DNA of 64,000 nucleotides from an uncultured Bacilli bacterium. GTDB taxonomy: Bacteria > Bacillota_I > Bacilli_A > RF39 > UBA660. The first letter of the stretch is position 1; each line of letters starts with the position of its first letter. Below are positions 19,031 through 29,428 of this stretch, in pieces. Under the pieces are notes generated by a model, which did not search any database, had not been told where the DNA came from, and was given only the letters and a program-made list of their open reading frames with translations. A program made the translations under genes and the position numbers. The stretch is taken from the NCBI GenBank assembly GCA_910588195.1, contig CAJUPN010000003.1, positions 42,842 to 106,841 of the forward strand, read 5' to 3'.

Positions 19031-19457
19031 TTTCCTTAATTTTATTTAATCGTCTTACATGTCTTTCATCATTTGTATATTCTGTTTTTAAATAATATTT
19101 TAAAATTTCTTTTAATTCATCAATAGGCATCTTATAGCTTAAAGCAATAACATTTGCATTATTGTGTTCTCTTGCTAATATAGCTTCTTCTTTGGTAGAT
19201 ATTTTAGCACATCTTATTCCTTTAAACTTGTTGGCAGTAATTGACATTCCTATTCCAGTTCCACACATCAAGATACCTTGTTCTATCTCATTATTTATGA
19301 CTGCCCTAGAAACTTGAGCAGCAAAGTCTGGATAGTCATCTATTGGAGTATTATTAACACTGTAATCTTTAACTTCATATCCAAGTTCACTTAAATATTT
19401 TGTTAGTATTTTTTTCTCTTCTACACCATTATGGTCTGTTGCTATTCCAATTTTCAT
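19011..19457 (-). CDS. rpiB: Ribose-5-phosphate isomerase B (RpiB/LacAB family)
   Basis: MKIGIATDHNG..., CGTGIGMSITANK. Confidence 0.85.
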   Translation of the reverse strand: MKIGIATDHNGVEEKKILTKYLSELGYEVKDYSVNNTPIDDYPDFAAQVSRAVINNEIEQGILMCGTGIGMSITANKFKGIRCAKISTKEEAILAREHNNANVIALSYKMPIDELKEILKYYLKTEYTNDERHVRRLNKIKEIENQNV

Positions 19458-20456
19458 TTATTTTCCTTCTTTCATGGCTTTTTCAAATTCTGGAAGTAAT
19501 CCATAATTATCTTTTCTATGTACAGGTAATTGATATAAATCGTGCCCTGGAAAATCGTTTCCTTCAATTAAGAATGGTTTTTCTTCACCCAAACATACGT
19601 CCCACCCAGCGTAACCTAGTTCAGGTACAATATCACATGCTTCAATACATAACTTTTTTACTTCGTTCCACATTGGTATTTTTATACCAACTATTTTTAC
19701 ATTTGTTTCAGGATGTACTTCATAAACATTTCCAACTTTATCAATTGCTGGATATTTTATTTCTCCAGTTTCAATATCAACTGTTGTAACCATTCCATCA
19801 TGATTAAAATTATCAACAACATTTCCTTTATTTCCAACGCGAAGTAAAGCAGCCACAACAACTTTATTTAAGGTGACTATTCTAAGAGTATTGACTGAAT
19901 GAGGATATAAATCACTAAGAACTTTGTTTTGAATAGCTACATCCTCTACAAGAGTTTGATCTGTCTGCATAAGGTGATTATATAATTCTTCTGGGTTATA
20001 ATCTTTTACAACTATTTTTTCGACACCTTTTCCACAAGAAAGCGATAATGGTTTTACTATTACTTCTTTTTTTCCTTTTAAGTATTTTTTAAAATCCTCA
20101 ATACTAGATTCTTTTATATATATCCATTCACGATTTAAGTATTTATTAAATAGGTTATTAAATAAGGCCTTATCTTCAAACTTATAAGCATAAGTCATGT
20201 CATTATATTTTTTTATAATCTCATTATTAATTCCTCTAGTTACAACAGTTTTTCTTTCATCTTTATTCATTTTATACATTTCATATAAATTATAATCAAC
20301 ATATCCTGCTTGATATTTTATTCCGCAATTAATTATATCAAAAAATATAGATATCTTTGATTTGTTTGTTTTTTTATTTACTAAATCAATTGTTTGAAAC
20401 ATTTTGTCAAAATTCATATTTTTTACTCTTTTAATTAAATATCCTAGTTTTCCCAT
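19458..20456 (-). CDS. ATP-grasp domain protein (sugar-transfer-associated type)
   Basis: 332 aa, abuts rpiB. N-terminal region and the KPLSLSCGKGVEKI / EGNDFPG pattern fit an ATP-grasp fold. Confidence 0.55.
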   Translation of the reverse strand: MGKLGYLIKRVKNMNFDKMFQTIDLVNKKTNKSKISIFFDIINCGIKYQAGYVDYNLYEMYKMNKDERKTVVTRGINNEIIKKYNDMTYAYKFEDKALFNNLFNKYLNREWIYIKESSIEDFKKYLKGKKEVIVKPLSLSCGKGVEKIVVKDYNPEELYNHLMQTDQTLVEDVAIQNKVLSDLYPHSVNTLRIVTLNKVVVAALLRVGNKGNVVDNFNHDGMVTTVDIETGEIKYPAIDKVGNVYEVHPETNVKIVGIKIPMWNEVKKLCIEACDIVPELGYAGWDVCLGEEKPFLIEGNDFPGHDLYQLPVHRKDNYGLLPEFEKAMKEGK

Positions 20457-20522
20457 TGTATCACCTATTTTTATTATAACAAATTTATTAAATTTAAAAA
20501 ACTAGCGATTGCTAGTTTAATG

Positions 20523-20723
20523 TTAATTAAGGTTGTATTTTTGGTTGAATTGTTCAATTTTTCCAGTCTTTTTACGATTTCCTTGAGAACCTTTGTAGAA
20601 TGGATGACATTCTGAACATACTTCTAATAGTTGTTCTTCTTTATTACTTTTAGCTTTGAATGTTGCTCCGCAAGCACATTTGAAAGTGCATTCAACTTGA
20701 TTTGGATGTGTATTTTTTTTCAT
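20523..20723 (-). CDS. rpmE: 50S ribosomal protein L31 (zinc-binding type A)
   Basis: MKKNTHPN..., paired C-x-C and CSECHPFY motifs. Confidence 0.9.
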   Translation of the reverse strand: MKKNTHPNQVECTFKCACGATFKAKSNKEEQLLEVCSECHPFYKGSQGNRKKTGKIEQFNQKYNLN

Positions 20724-20845
20724 CTAAATCCTCCTTCCGCCATAACCCATACACAGGTTATAGAAATTCATTACTTGTTTAGTATAGCATATTCTAAGAT
20801 TTTTGCAAGATTATTTTACATTCACGAATGTTTTTTTGAAAAATT

Positions 20846-22111
20846 TTAGATATTTTCTTCATCTTCAACTAATTTTATTTGAACACCAACCTGGGATAAC
20901 TTATCTACTATACGTTCGTATCCCCTTAAAAGATGTTCAATATTATATATTTCTGTTCTTCCATCAGCAATTAATCCAGCAACTAGCATACTTGCTCCAG
21001 CTCTTAAATCTGTTGCCTTTACTTTTTTACCATGGAGTGGAGTTTTTCCAAGAATCAAAGCTTGATTATCAAATACTTTAATATTGGCTCCCATTGAGTT
21101 TAGATGAGGTATATGTCTCAATCTATTTTCATAAATAGTTTCCTCAAAAAGACACTCCCCTTCACATTGAGTTAAGAGTGTTGACATTGGCTGTCCAAGA
21201 TCTGTTGGAAATCCTGGATAAACAGTTGTCTTTATATTGATAGGTTTTAAATTTTTTGCTGCTGTAATAGTTATAGAGTTTCCCTTAGATTCATATTTAA
21301 TACCCGCTTCTTTTAATTTATAAAGCATTGACTCAATGTGACTTTCAATTATATTTTCAATTGTTAAATTGTTCCCTAAAAGAGACCCTATTATTAGGTA
21401 AGTTCCAGCTTCAATACGGTCTGGAATTACTTCAACAAATCCATCATAAAGCTCATCTACACCATCAATTATAATTTTTGATGTACCAGCTCCAAATATT
21501 TTTGCCCCCATTGAATTTAGGAATGAGGCAACATTGGCTATTTCTGGTTCTTTTGCCGCATTTTCAATAATGGTTTGTCCCTTAGCTAAAGTAGAAGCTA
21601 TCATAATGTTAATAGTAGCACCTACTGAGGGAAAGTTTAAATAAAAATGATTTCCTTTTAATTCATCAACAGTCATAACAAATTTACTTTGCTGTTCGTC
21701 TATTTCTATGCCCATTTTTTTAAAAGAATCTAAATGTATATCAATTGGTCTTGATCCAATAACACATCCCCCTGGGCAAGCAATATCTACTTTATGAAAT
21801 TTACCAATTAATGATCCCATAAAATAATAAGACGCTCTTAATTTTGAAGCAAATTCTTCTGTTATTTCTTTGTTTTTTACGTTACCGTTATCTATTATTA
21901 TTGTTTCATTTTCAAAAGTTATTTCTGAACCTAGTTCTCGCATTATTTCTAATAGTATTCTTACATCGCTTATATCTGGAACATTCTTTATAACACATTT
22001 TCCACTTGTTAAAATACTAGCAGGAATTAAAGCTACTATAGAATTTTTAGCCCCACTTATTTTTATTGTACCACTTATTTCTTGTCCACCATCTATTATT
22101 ATTTTTTTCAT
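20846..22111 (-). CDS. murA: UDP-N-acetylglucosamine 1-carboxyvinyltransferase
   Basis: Full-length MurA pattern (ISGAKNS, active-site loop PGGCVIGSRPID, LRGYE). ATG at 22111 has the better RBS spacing. Confidence 0.92.
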   Translation of the reverse strand: MKKIIIDGGQEISGTIKISGAKNSIVALIPASILTSGKCVIKNVPDISDVRILLEIMRELGSEITFENETIIIDNGNVKNKEITEEFASKLRASYYFMGSLIGKFHKVDIACPGGCVIGSRPIDIHLDSFKKMGIEIDEQQSKFVMTVDELKGNHFYLNFPSVGATINIMIASTLAKGQTIIENAAKEPEIANVASFLNSMGAKIFGAGTSKIIIDGVDELYDGFVEVIPDRIEAGTYLIIGSLLGNNLTIENIIESHIESMLYKLKEAGIKYESKGNSITITAAKNLKPINIKTTVYPGFPTDLGQPMSTLLTQCEGECLFEETIYENRLRHIPHLNSMGANIKVFDNQALILGKTPLHGKKVKATDLRAGASMLVAGLIADGRTEIYNIEHLLRGYERIVDKLSQVGVQIKLVEDEENI

Positions 22112-22260
22112 ATTATCATCCACTCGATTTTCTTTATTTTAATTATAGTATTTTCTCCTACTTTATTCAATAACATGATGTAAATGAAATGAAAATATCT
22201 CACCTAATTGTTATATCATATTTATATTCATTAAAATTAAATTTAAGTATAAAAAAAATG

Positions 22261-22776
22261 TTAGAATTTGTATTTATCTAACATATCTTGTACTAGCGTT
22301 GTATATTTAACATCTTCTGTATCCTCATCAATTAAGCACAATGGAGGATACATTACACACCACCAATTAACACCTTGCTTATTTCCTAAAGATAAAACAA
22401 GGGAATCATAGTATCCAGCATCGTAGTTTATACCTTTATAATTCTTTTTTTCAAAATAATTTTTCCCAATATTTAAATCATAATTTAAATTAAGGTTGTT
22501 ATTATTTAAATATTCTTTAAGATATTTATCTATTGTATTATAATTTTCGTTTAATACTTTTGTTGCTTCTTCTTTAGAAGAAGTTTCCTTAATTAAATTT
22601 GAAACAAAAGAACTTAAATTTTTACTTATTTTATTCTTAGTTGTTTGATCCTCTAAAGTATTGGAGTTTGCTATAACTCTAAATCTTATTGAACTTTCTG
22701 GTATTATTATATTTTCTTCTTTATTGCTTATTATAATTATCATTATTATGGCTAGAAATACAAGTACTTTTTTCAT
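22261..22776 (-). CDS. spoIIR: Stage II sporulation protein R
   Basis: IRFRVIANSN and NWWCVMYPPLC signature. Signal anchor. ATG at 22776 after AAAGGGGA. Confidence 0.85.
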   Translation of the reverse strand: MKKVLVFLAIIMIIIISNKEENIIIPESSIRFRVIANSNTLEDQTTKNKISKNLSSFVSNLIKETSSKEEATKVLNENYNTIDKYLKEYLNNNNLNLNYDLNIGKNYFEKKNYKGINYDAGYYDSLVLSLGNKQGVNWWCVMYPPLCLIDEDTEDVKYTTLVQDMLDKYKF

Positions 22777-22821
22777 ATGTATTCCCCTTTCTACAATATA
22801 CATGGGGAATTTTTTTAATTT

Positions 22822-23562
22822 CTATTCATTAATTATAAATAAATATCTATCTTTACCAGATAAATCTGTTTCTATACTGATTTTTGCCTTTTTATAATAT
22901 TTTTTTGCTAATTTTTCTAAATAAGCACCTTGTTTATAACCTATTTCAAAAGCTAATATACTTTTTTTATTCATGATATTAGGGCTTATTTTTAAAATAT
23001 GTTCATAAAAAGCTAGTCCTTTATTATTTGCATAAAGAGCCATAGAAGGTTCATATTTACACTTCTCATCTATTATTTCATCTTCACTTATGTATGGGGG
23101 ATTACTTATCAAAACATCAAATCTATCAGAAATTTGATACTTAAAAATATTCTGTTTTAACAAATTTATGTTAACTGTGTTATTTTTTATATTCTTTTTT
23201 GCTACTTTTAAAGCTTTAGGAGATTTATCTATTGAAGTTATTTTCAGACCATTTAACTCTTTTTTTAAAGCTATTGAAATGCAAGCTGATCCTGTACCTA
23301 TCTCTAGTACATTACCTTCTATTAGATTGTTTTGTTTAATATAGTCTATTGTTTTTTCGACAAGTGTTTCAGTTTCAAAACGTGGGATTAAAACATTTTT
23401 ATTTACAATTATTTCATATCCATAAAAATTTACATTTCCAATTAAATATTGCACAGGATAATTTTTATTTAACTTTTTTATTACCCTGTGCATATTTTTA
23501 TATTTTTTGGTTAATAATTCCCAATCATTTTGTGTTAAATAGTTTGGTTTAACTATTTTCAA
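22822..23562 (-). CDS. prmC: Release-factor glutamine methyltransferase PrmC/HemK
   Basis: SAM motif LEIGTGSA and NPPY. Overlaps the prfA stop. Confidence 0.85.
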   Translation of the reverse strand: MKIVKPNYLTQNDWELLTKKYKNMHRVIKKLNKNYPVQYLIGNVNFYGYEIIVNKNVLIPRFETETLVEKTIDYIKQNNLIEGNVLEIGTGSACISIALKKELNGLKITSIDKSPKALKVAKKNIKNNTVNINLLKQNIFKYQISDRFDVLISNPPYISEDEIIDEKCKYEPSMALYANNKGLAFYEHILKISPNIMNKKSILAFEIGYKQGAYLEKLAKKYYKKAKISIETDLSGKDRYLFIINE

Positions 23563-24604
23563 GTTTTCTCCTTTGATCCTCAGTTATTAAAGCTTCTATA
23601 ATAGCATCTATATCTCCATCCATTACTTTATCTAAATTCATAACACTAAAACCTATACGATGATCTGTTACACGATTTTGAGGATAGTTATAAGTTCTGA
23701 TTTTTTCAGCTCGATCTCCAGTTCCAATTTTATTTCGTCTTTCTTCCCCTTCAGCTGCTTCCTTTTCACGTAATTTTAAATCATATAAACGTGTTTTCAT
23801 TATTTTTAAAGCTATTTCTTTGTTTTTTATTTGAGATCTTTCGGTTTGACTGTAGACGATTGTACCAGTTGGAAGATGTGTTAATCTTACTGCTGAATCA
23901 GTAGTATTTACACCTTGTCCACCACAACCTGATGAACGAGTAATATCAATTCTTATTTCATTCATATCTAATTCAAAATCTAAATCTTCTGCTTCAGGCA
24001 TAACAGCTACTGTGGCTGTAGATGTTTGTATTCTTCCTTGAGATTCGGTTGTTGGAACTCTTTGAACGCGGTGAGAACCACTTTCAAACTTTAGTTTAGA
24101 ATAAACATTATCTCCTTTTATGGAAAATTCTACTTGAGCATATCCACCTGATGCCCCTGGAACTTCATTTATTACTTCAATTTTCCATCCTTGTTTTTCA
24201 GCATATCTTGTGTACATTCTATAAAGATCTCCAGCAAAGATATTTGCTTCATCTCCACCTGCTGCTCCTCTTATTTCCATAATAATATCTTTTCCATCAT
24301 TTTCATCTTTTGGAATAAGTAGTACTTCAATTTCATGTGTAAGAATTGGCAATCTTTCTTGCTTTTCAGCTAATTCTAAAGAAGCCATCTCTCCCATTTC
24401 AGGATCATTTATCAATTCTTTTAATTCTTCTATTTCACTTGTAATAGTTTTATATTCTTGATATTTCTCAACAGTAGTCTCTAAATCTGATTTTTCTTTA
24501 GATAACTTTGTCATTTTAGTATAATCATTTAATACTTCTGGAGAGTTTAATTCATTTTCAATATCTTTATAGTGGTTATATATAATTTCTAATCTTTCTA
24601 GCAT
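23549..24604 (-). CDS. prfA: Peptide chain release factor 1
   Basis: GGQ motif (SGCGGQGVNT) and the PxT-type decoding region (RVPTTESQGR). Confidence 0.95.
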   Translation of the reverse strand: MLERLEIIYNHYKDIENELNSPEVLNDYTKMTKLSKEKSDLETTVEKYQEYKTITSEIEELKELINDPEMGEMASLELAEKQERLPILTHEIEVLLIPKDENDGKDIIMEIRGAAGGDEANIFAGDLYRMYTRYAEKQGWKIEVINEVPGASGGYAQVEFSIKGDNVYSKLKFESGSHRVQRVPTTESQGRIQTSTATVAVMPEAEDLDFELDMNEIRIDITRSSGCGGQGVNTTDSAVRLTHLPTGTIVYSQTERSQIKNKEIALKIMKTRLYDLKLREKEAAEGEERRNKIGTGDRAEKIRTYNYPQNRVTDHRIGFSVMNLDKVMDGDIDAIIEALITEDQRRKLENS

Positions 24605-24637
24605 TTTTTGCCACCTCCAATTTCTCCAAAAGGTTTA

Positions 24638-25072
24638 TTACATCATATCTTCACTTTCGCCATCGTCCATGATAACTAGATCTTTTAAATCATCCTCATC
24701 GTCGTCATCATCAACTGTGTCATCATCGTAGTTTATTTCTTCTTCAACAATTTCATCAGTTACTTCTTCGTCTTCATCTACAACAATATCATCTTCTTCT
24801 TCATCTTCAATAATAACTTTTGTTGAATGATTATCTTTTAGGTCCCAAAAACCTTTTTCTAACATAATAAATCTTTTATCTGTGGATAATAATCCAAAAA
24901 AATCACCAATTTTACTTTCAAAATAACTTTCAGGAAGACTCATTATTCTAATTACTTCTTTAAATAAATCTTGAATAGTCATTTTTTTACCATTTTCTTT
25001 TAGAACAATATTAGCAACATCGGCATGTGACATTTGCTCAAGTTCCTCTGGTGATAATTTAACTTTTTTCAT
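24638..25072 (-). CDS. rpoE: RNA polymerase delta subunit
   Basis: N-terminal HARE-HTH-like domain plus a long Asp/Glu-rich tail. Confidence 0.85.
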   Translation of the reverse strand: MKKVKLSPEELEQMSHADVANIVLKENGKKMTIQDLFKEVIRIMSLPESYFESKIGDFFGLLSTDKRFIMLEKGFWDLKDNHSTKVIIEDEEEDDIVVDEDEEVTDEIVEEEINYDDDTVDDDDDEDDLKDLVIMDDGESEDMM

Positions 25073-25182
25073 AATTTTCCTCCTAATTACAAAAACATTA
25101 TATGTAAGTTATCAAAAAAATGTTATTGATACTTAAAACAATACTAATTTTATCATATAATTATGTGTTGTCAATAAAAATA

Positions 25183-25521
25183 TTAAAATTCTATAATTAT
25201 CGTATTCTCTAGTTCTTCTTCACTATCTAAACTGTAGCTAAAAAACACTTTGGAATCGCTGATTTCTGTCGTAATTACATTAATAGGATAATCAACAGAA
25301 ATTCCTTCTTTTATTACTTCAATTATTATAACTTTTTCATTAATTTTTATAACTAATTCTTTTTCTTGATCTTTTTTTCTTAATATAACATTTTTTTTAT
25401 CAAATTTATAAACATCTCCTTTAATACAAAAATTAATTGTATTATCTTTTTCATAATAAGATGTTTTTTCATTAATGATTTCTATTCCATTAGAGATTAA
25501 TTTAAAACTAATTTCTTTCAT
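25183..25521 (-). CDS. DUF1934/YwiB-like beta-barrel protein
   Basis: About 112 aa, size and position next to rpoE as in Bacillus. Weak sequence pattern only. Confidence 0.45.
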   Translation of the reverse strand: MKEISFKLISNGIEIINEKTSYYEKDNTINFCIKGDVYKFDKKNVILRKKDQEKELVIKINEKVIIIEVIKEGISVDYPINVITTEISDSKVFFSYSLDSEEELENTIIIEF

Positions 25522-25589
25522 TATAATCACTCTCACGCGTATTTTATCATATTTTTTTTGTTTTGTCTCAATATATTAATGGTGATTTA

Positions 25590-27509
25590 ATGAAACATGT
25601 AAAACGTATAATTAAAATAGGCTGTATTTTATGTGTATTGGGATTTATGTTCTTAATAGGTCTTTACATATTCGCGTATTTTACTGAACCTATTGCTCTT
25701 AATACAGCTAATTCCTATTATATATATGATAATAAAGATAATGTAATCTATCAAGGTTCTAATAATTCTGAATGGGTTTCCTTAGATAATATAGATGATA
25801 AGTTTGTAGAATATATAGTTAATGTAGAAGACCAACATTTTTATCAGCATAAAGGTTTCGATGTATTAAGAATTCTTAAAAGTCTTTATCTAAATTTTAA
25901 ATCAGGAAAAATCTTAGGTGGAGGATCATCAATTTCTCAACAATATGTAAAAAATTTATTTTTAGAATTTGATCAAACTTGGGAAAGAAAAATTGAAGAG
26001 GCTTTTTTAACTATTAGATTAGAAACTCATTATTCAAAAAAAGAAATATTAGAGGGTTATTTAAACACAATATATTTTGGACAAGGTATTTATGGCGTAA
26101 AAGATGCTGCTCAGTATTATTTTAATAAAGATATAAGTAATATAACTATTGAAGAAGCAATAACTTTAGCAGGTATTCCTAAAAGTCCTAATAATTATAA
26201 TCCTATAAGTAATAAAGAAGCTTTTTTTAAAAGAGTAAATGTTGTTTCAAAATTTTTAAAAGATAATGATGTTATAAGTGAAGAGGAGTTTAATTCTCTT
26301 AACTTTAACAATTTAGAACTTCATGGAAAACATCAGAATAATAATTTGGATACATTGATGTATTATCAAGATGCTGTTATAAGTGAATTAAAAAATATTA
26401 AAGGTGTACCTAAAAGTTTACTGGATGATGGAGGATTAAGAATATACACTAATTTGGATATGGATGCTCAAACAGCGATGGAGATGGCTATTAAGGAAAA
26501 TGATATAGATGATGATAATCAAATTGCTAGTGTATTAGTTAATCCTAATACAGGGGGAATAATGGCTCTTGCTGGTGGAAAAAATTATGTAAAAAGTCAG
26601 TATAATCGTGTTACGCAAGCAAAAAGACAAGTTGGATCTACAATTAAACCTTTTTTATATTATGCTGCTTTAAATAACGGTATGACGGCTGCCTCAACGT
26701 TTAAATCGGAAAAAACCTCTTTTGTATTTGGAGAAAATAAAACATATTCTCCAACAAACTATGGGGATTTATATGGAAATAAAGATATAACAATGGCAGC
26801 TGCTCTATCTTATTCAGATAATGTCTATGCTGTTAAGACTCATCTTTTCTTGGGAGAAAATACATTAGTTGATACTCTAAAAAGTTGTGGGTTAAAAGAG
26901 GAATTAATGCCAAATCCATCCTTAGCTCTAGGAGCTAAAGAAATTAATATGTTAGATTTTGCCACTGCTTATACTACGTTAGCTTCTGGAGGGCTAAAAA
27001 GAGATCTATTTTTCATCAGAAGAATTGAAGATATTAATGGTAATAAAATTTATGAAAAAGAATTAGAAGAGACAAGAGTTTTAGATGAATCGATTACTTA
27101 TATCGTTAATGAGCTTATGACAAACACTTATAATTATAATTTTGTTGATTACTACTCTCCTACAGTTTTATATCTTAATGGAAAATTAAGTCATAAGTAT
27201 GCTTTAAAAAGTGGTACTACGGATAATGACTACTGGCTTGCTGGATATAATAAAGAAGCTTTAATGCTTGTTTGGGCTGGTAATGATCAAAATGCAGAAA
27301 CTCCTAAAACCTATTCTAAAGCAATTAAGAATATATGGTTAGATACGATGGAAAATGTTGAAAAAGATATGGATGAAGTATGGTATACAAAACCTGATAA
27401 TGTAGTTGCTGTTCCAATGGATCCAATTACAGGAAAATACAACTCTAAGTCCAAAAGTTTATTTTATTTTTTATCTGGAACAGAACTTGCTTACATAAAT
27501 AAAAACTAG
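25590..27509 (+). CDS. Class A penicillin-binding protein (glycosyltransferase + transpeptidase)
   Basis: GT51 motifs EDQHFYQHKGFD and GGSSISQQ. Transpeptidase motifs STIKP, SDN and KSGTT. ATG at 25590 after GGTGA. Confidence 0.9.
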   Translation: MKHVKRIIKIGCILCVLGFMFLIGLYIFAYFTEPIALNTANSYYIYDNKDNVIYQGSNNSEWVSLDNIDDKFVEYIVNVEDQHFYQHKGFDVLRILKSLYLNFKSGKILGGGSSISQQYVKNLFLEFDQTWERKIEEAFLTIRLETHYSKKEILEGYLNTIYFGQGIYGVKDAAQYYFNKDISNITIEEAITLAGIPKSPNNYNPISNKEAFFKRVNVVSKFLKDNDVISEEEFNSLNFNNLELHGKHQNNNLDTLMYYQDAVISELKNIKGVPKSLLDDGGLRIYTNLDMDAQTAMEMAIKENDIDDDNQIASVLVNPNTGGIMALAGGKNYVKSQYNRVTQAKRQVGSTIKPFLYYAALNNGMTAASTFKSEKTSFVFGENKTYSPTNYGDLYGNKDITMAAALSYSDNVYAVKTHLFLGENTLVDTLKSCGLKEELMPNPSLALGAKEINMLDFATAYTTLASGGLKRDLFFIRRIEDINGNKIYEKELEETRVLDESITYIVNELMTNTYNYNFVDYYSPTVLYLNGKLSHKYALKSGTTDNDYWLAGYNKEALMLVWAGNDQNAETPKTYSKAIKNIWLDTMENVEKDMDEVWYTKPDNVVAVPMDPITGKYNSKSKSLFYFLSGTELAYINKN

Positions 27510-27532
27510 AAATTTAAACATTTCTAGTTTTT
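27501..27532. terminator. Bidirectional terminator shared by the PBP and parB-family genes
   Basis: 13-bp perfect stem aaaaactagaaat / atttctagttttt that contains both stop codons. Confidence 0.65.
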
Positions 27533-28663
27533 GTCTTTGTCATTATATACTCTTACAATAAATTGATAGAATTTGTCAAAACTAAATTCTTCTAATTCAA
27601 TTGGAACTTCATTAGCTTTGGCTTTAGTAACAATTTTTTTGATGCCCATAATAACATCGTCCATTGTTTTATAATCTTCTTCAATAAAGACTTTTTCTAC
27701 TTCTTGATTTTTTTCTGAAGAAGTTTCTTCCTCTAAAATATCTTCATCTTCTTCATCAAGTTCTAAAAGTTCATAATCTCTTTCAATGGCTTTTTCAGTA
27801 GTTACACTATTTTTAAATGGATTAAAACCAAAATTCAAAGTTGGATCCATATTAGCTGCTTCATTTTCTAAGTTATTAAAGAAAAGAGAATCTTTCTTTT
27901 TATTATTTTCTTTAATGTTTGATTGATATTGATAATTTACTGGAGTAAATTCTTCTTCCATAAATATATCCGTAGAGTTATTAACAATATCATCTACATT
28001 AACATCAATTCTTGTATTGGCATTTATAGCACCTGTGATTGGCGTGTCTTTTTTATAGGTTCCAAGTAATTTATCAATTTCTTCATCTAATTTTCTTACT
28101 GGCCATTTTTCATTTATTATCTTATTTAATAAATCCACTTGTTTAAACTTGTCTGTAACACGTAAAAGACTTCTGGCATGTCTTTCACTTATTTGTTCTT
28201 TTAATAAAGACTCTTGAACAGTAGCATCAAGAGATAATAATCTTATTTTATTAGCAATGTTTGATTGGCTTGTTCCTAAACGTGTTGCAAGTTGATCTTG
28301 GGTTACGTATTTTCTGTCTAATAATTTCTTATATGATTTTGCTTCTTCTATTGGTGATAAATCTCTTCTGTGTGTATTTTCAATAATTGCGACTTCTGCT
28401 GATTCATTATCATCTAAATCAGAAATTACCGCTGGAACACTAGTTAATCCTGCTAGAGTTGCAGCTTTAAATCTTCTCTCTCCTGCAATTATTTCAAATT
28501 TATCTCCAACTCTTCTTAAAACCAAAGGCTGAATTATTCCATGTTCTTTAATAGATTCTGATAATTCATTTAAAGCCAATTCGTCAAATTGAAGTCTTGG
28601 TTGAAATCTATTTGGAATAATACTGTCGATATTAATTAATCTTATTTGTGATTCCATCTTCAT
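27524..28663 (-). CDS. noc: ParB-family protein, Noc-like (nucleoid-occlusion type) with a long acidic insert
   Basis: ParB box IAGERRFKAA, HTH GTSQSNIANKIRLLSL and ISERHARSLL (Noc-like). C-terminal EEFSFDKFYQFIVRV resembles the Noc tail. Located directly after rsmG as noc is in B. subtilis. Confidence 0.7.
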   Translation of the reverse strand: MKMESQIRLINIDSIIPNRFQPRLQFDELALNELSESIKEHGIIQPLVLRRVGDKFEIIAGERRFKAATLAGLTSVPAVISDLDDNESAEVAIIENTHRRDLSPIEEAKSYKKLLDRKYVTQDQLATRLGTSQSNIANKIRLLSLDATVQESLLKEQISERHARSLLRVTDKFKQVDLLNKIINEKWPVRKLDEEIDKLLGTYKKDTPITGAINANTRIDVNVDDIVNNSTDIFMEEEFTPVNYQYQSNIKENNKKKDSLFFNNLENEAANMDPTLNFGFNPFKNSVTTEKAIERDYELLELDEEDEDILEEETSSEKNQEVEKVFIEEDYKTMDDVIMGIKKIVTKAKANEVPIELEEFSFDKFYQFIVRVYNDKDKN

Positions 28664-28708
28664 GAAATATTTCCCCTTTTTTATTTTATTTCCTATTATA
28701 ATATTACT

Positions 28709-29428
28709 TTATTTTATATATTTTTTCAATGACTTTTTAATTTTATCATAACTTCTAGGATATCCTTTAGGGTTAGAAGCAGTCTTTCTTATTTTAATTA
28801 TTGTTCTAGTTGAATTTTCCTTTGGTAAAGAAAAATTATATGTATTTTCAACAGTTCCATTTAAGGTAGTTAATATGCTACTTGATATATTTATTTCTTC
28901 GGAAGCATTTCCTTTTAATGGAACAAATAAACCATTAACTTTAACCAAAGGAAGACATAGTTCAATAAGAGCTGGAAGTGTTGTTACTGCACGAGCTGTT
29001 ACTAAATCAAATGAATCTAAATTATTAAGTGCGTATTCTTCGCTTCTTGTTAAGACTGTAGATATTTTTTCTAAATTTAATTTTTTTATTAATTCATCTA
29101 AGAATTTTATCTTTTTATTATTAGAATCTATTAGGGTTACATGCAAATGGTTAAAGACAATTTTTAAAACAATTCCAGGAAATCCAGCTCCTGTACCAAC
29201 ATCACATAATGAATTTATTTCATGCATATCAATAAATTTAGCAAGAGTTAAAGAGTCATAAAAATGTTTTAAATATATATCTTCTTTATTTTTTATGGCA
29301 GTTAAATTTGTATGACTGTTATATTCCATTAAAAAAGAAGAATAAATGTTTAACTTATTCATAATGTCATCAGTTAATTCTATTTTGAATTCTTCTAAAA
29401 CGATATTTTTAAATTCATTTTCAGTCAT
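28709..29428 (-). CDS. rsmG: 16S rRNA (guanine527-N7)-methyltransferase RsmG
   Basis: DVGTGAGFPG SAM motif. The ATG at 29428 overlaps the mnmG stop (ATGACTGA). Confidence 0.9.
   Translation of the reverse strand: MTENEFKNIVLEEFKIELTDDIMNKLNIYSSFLMEYNSHTNLTAIKNKEDIYLKHFYDSLTLAKFIDMHEINSLCDVGTGAGFPGIVLKIVFNHLHVTLIDSNNKKIKFLDELIKKLNLEKISTVLTRSEEYALNNLDSFDLVTARAVTTLPALIELCLPLVKVNGLFVPLKGNASEEINISSSILTTLNGTVENTYNFSLPKENSTRTIIKIRKTASNPKGYPRSYDKIKKSLKKYIK

Noticed and set aside
20724-20845. Hairpin ataacc-tgtgtatg-ggttat in the rpmE leader as a possible L31/zinc-responsive regulatory element.
   Set aside because: It is only a 6-bp stem with no recognisable Zur box or known leader motif, so the evidence is insufficient.
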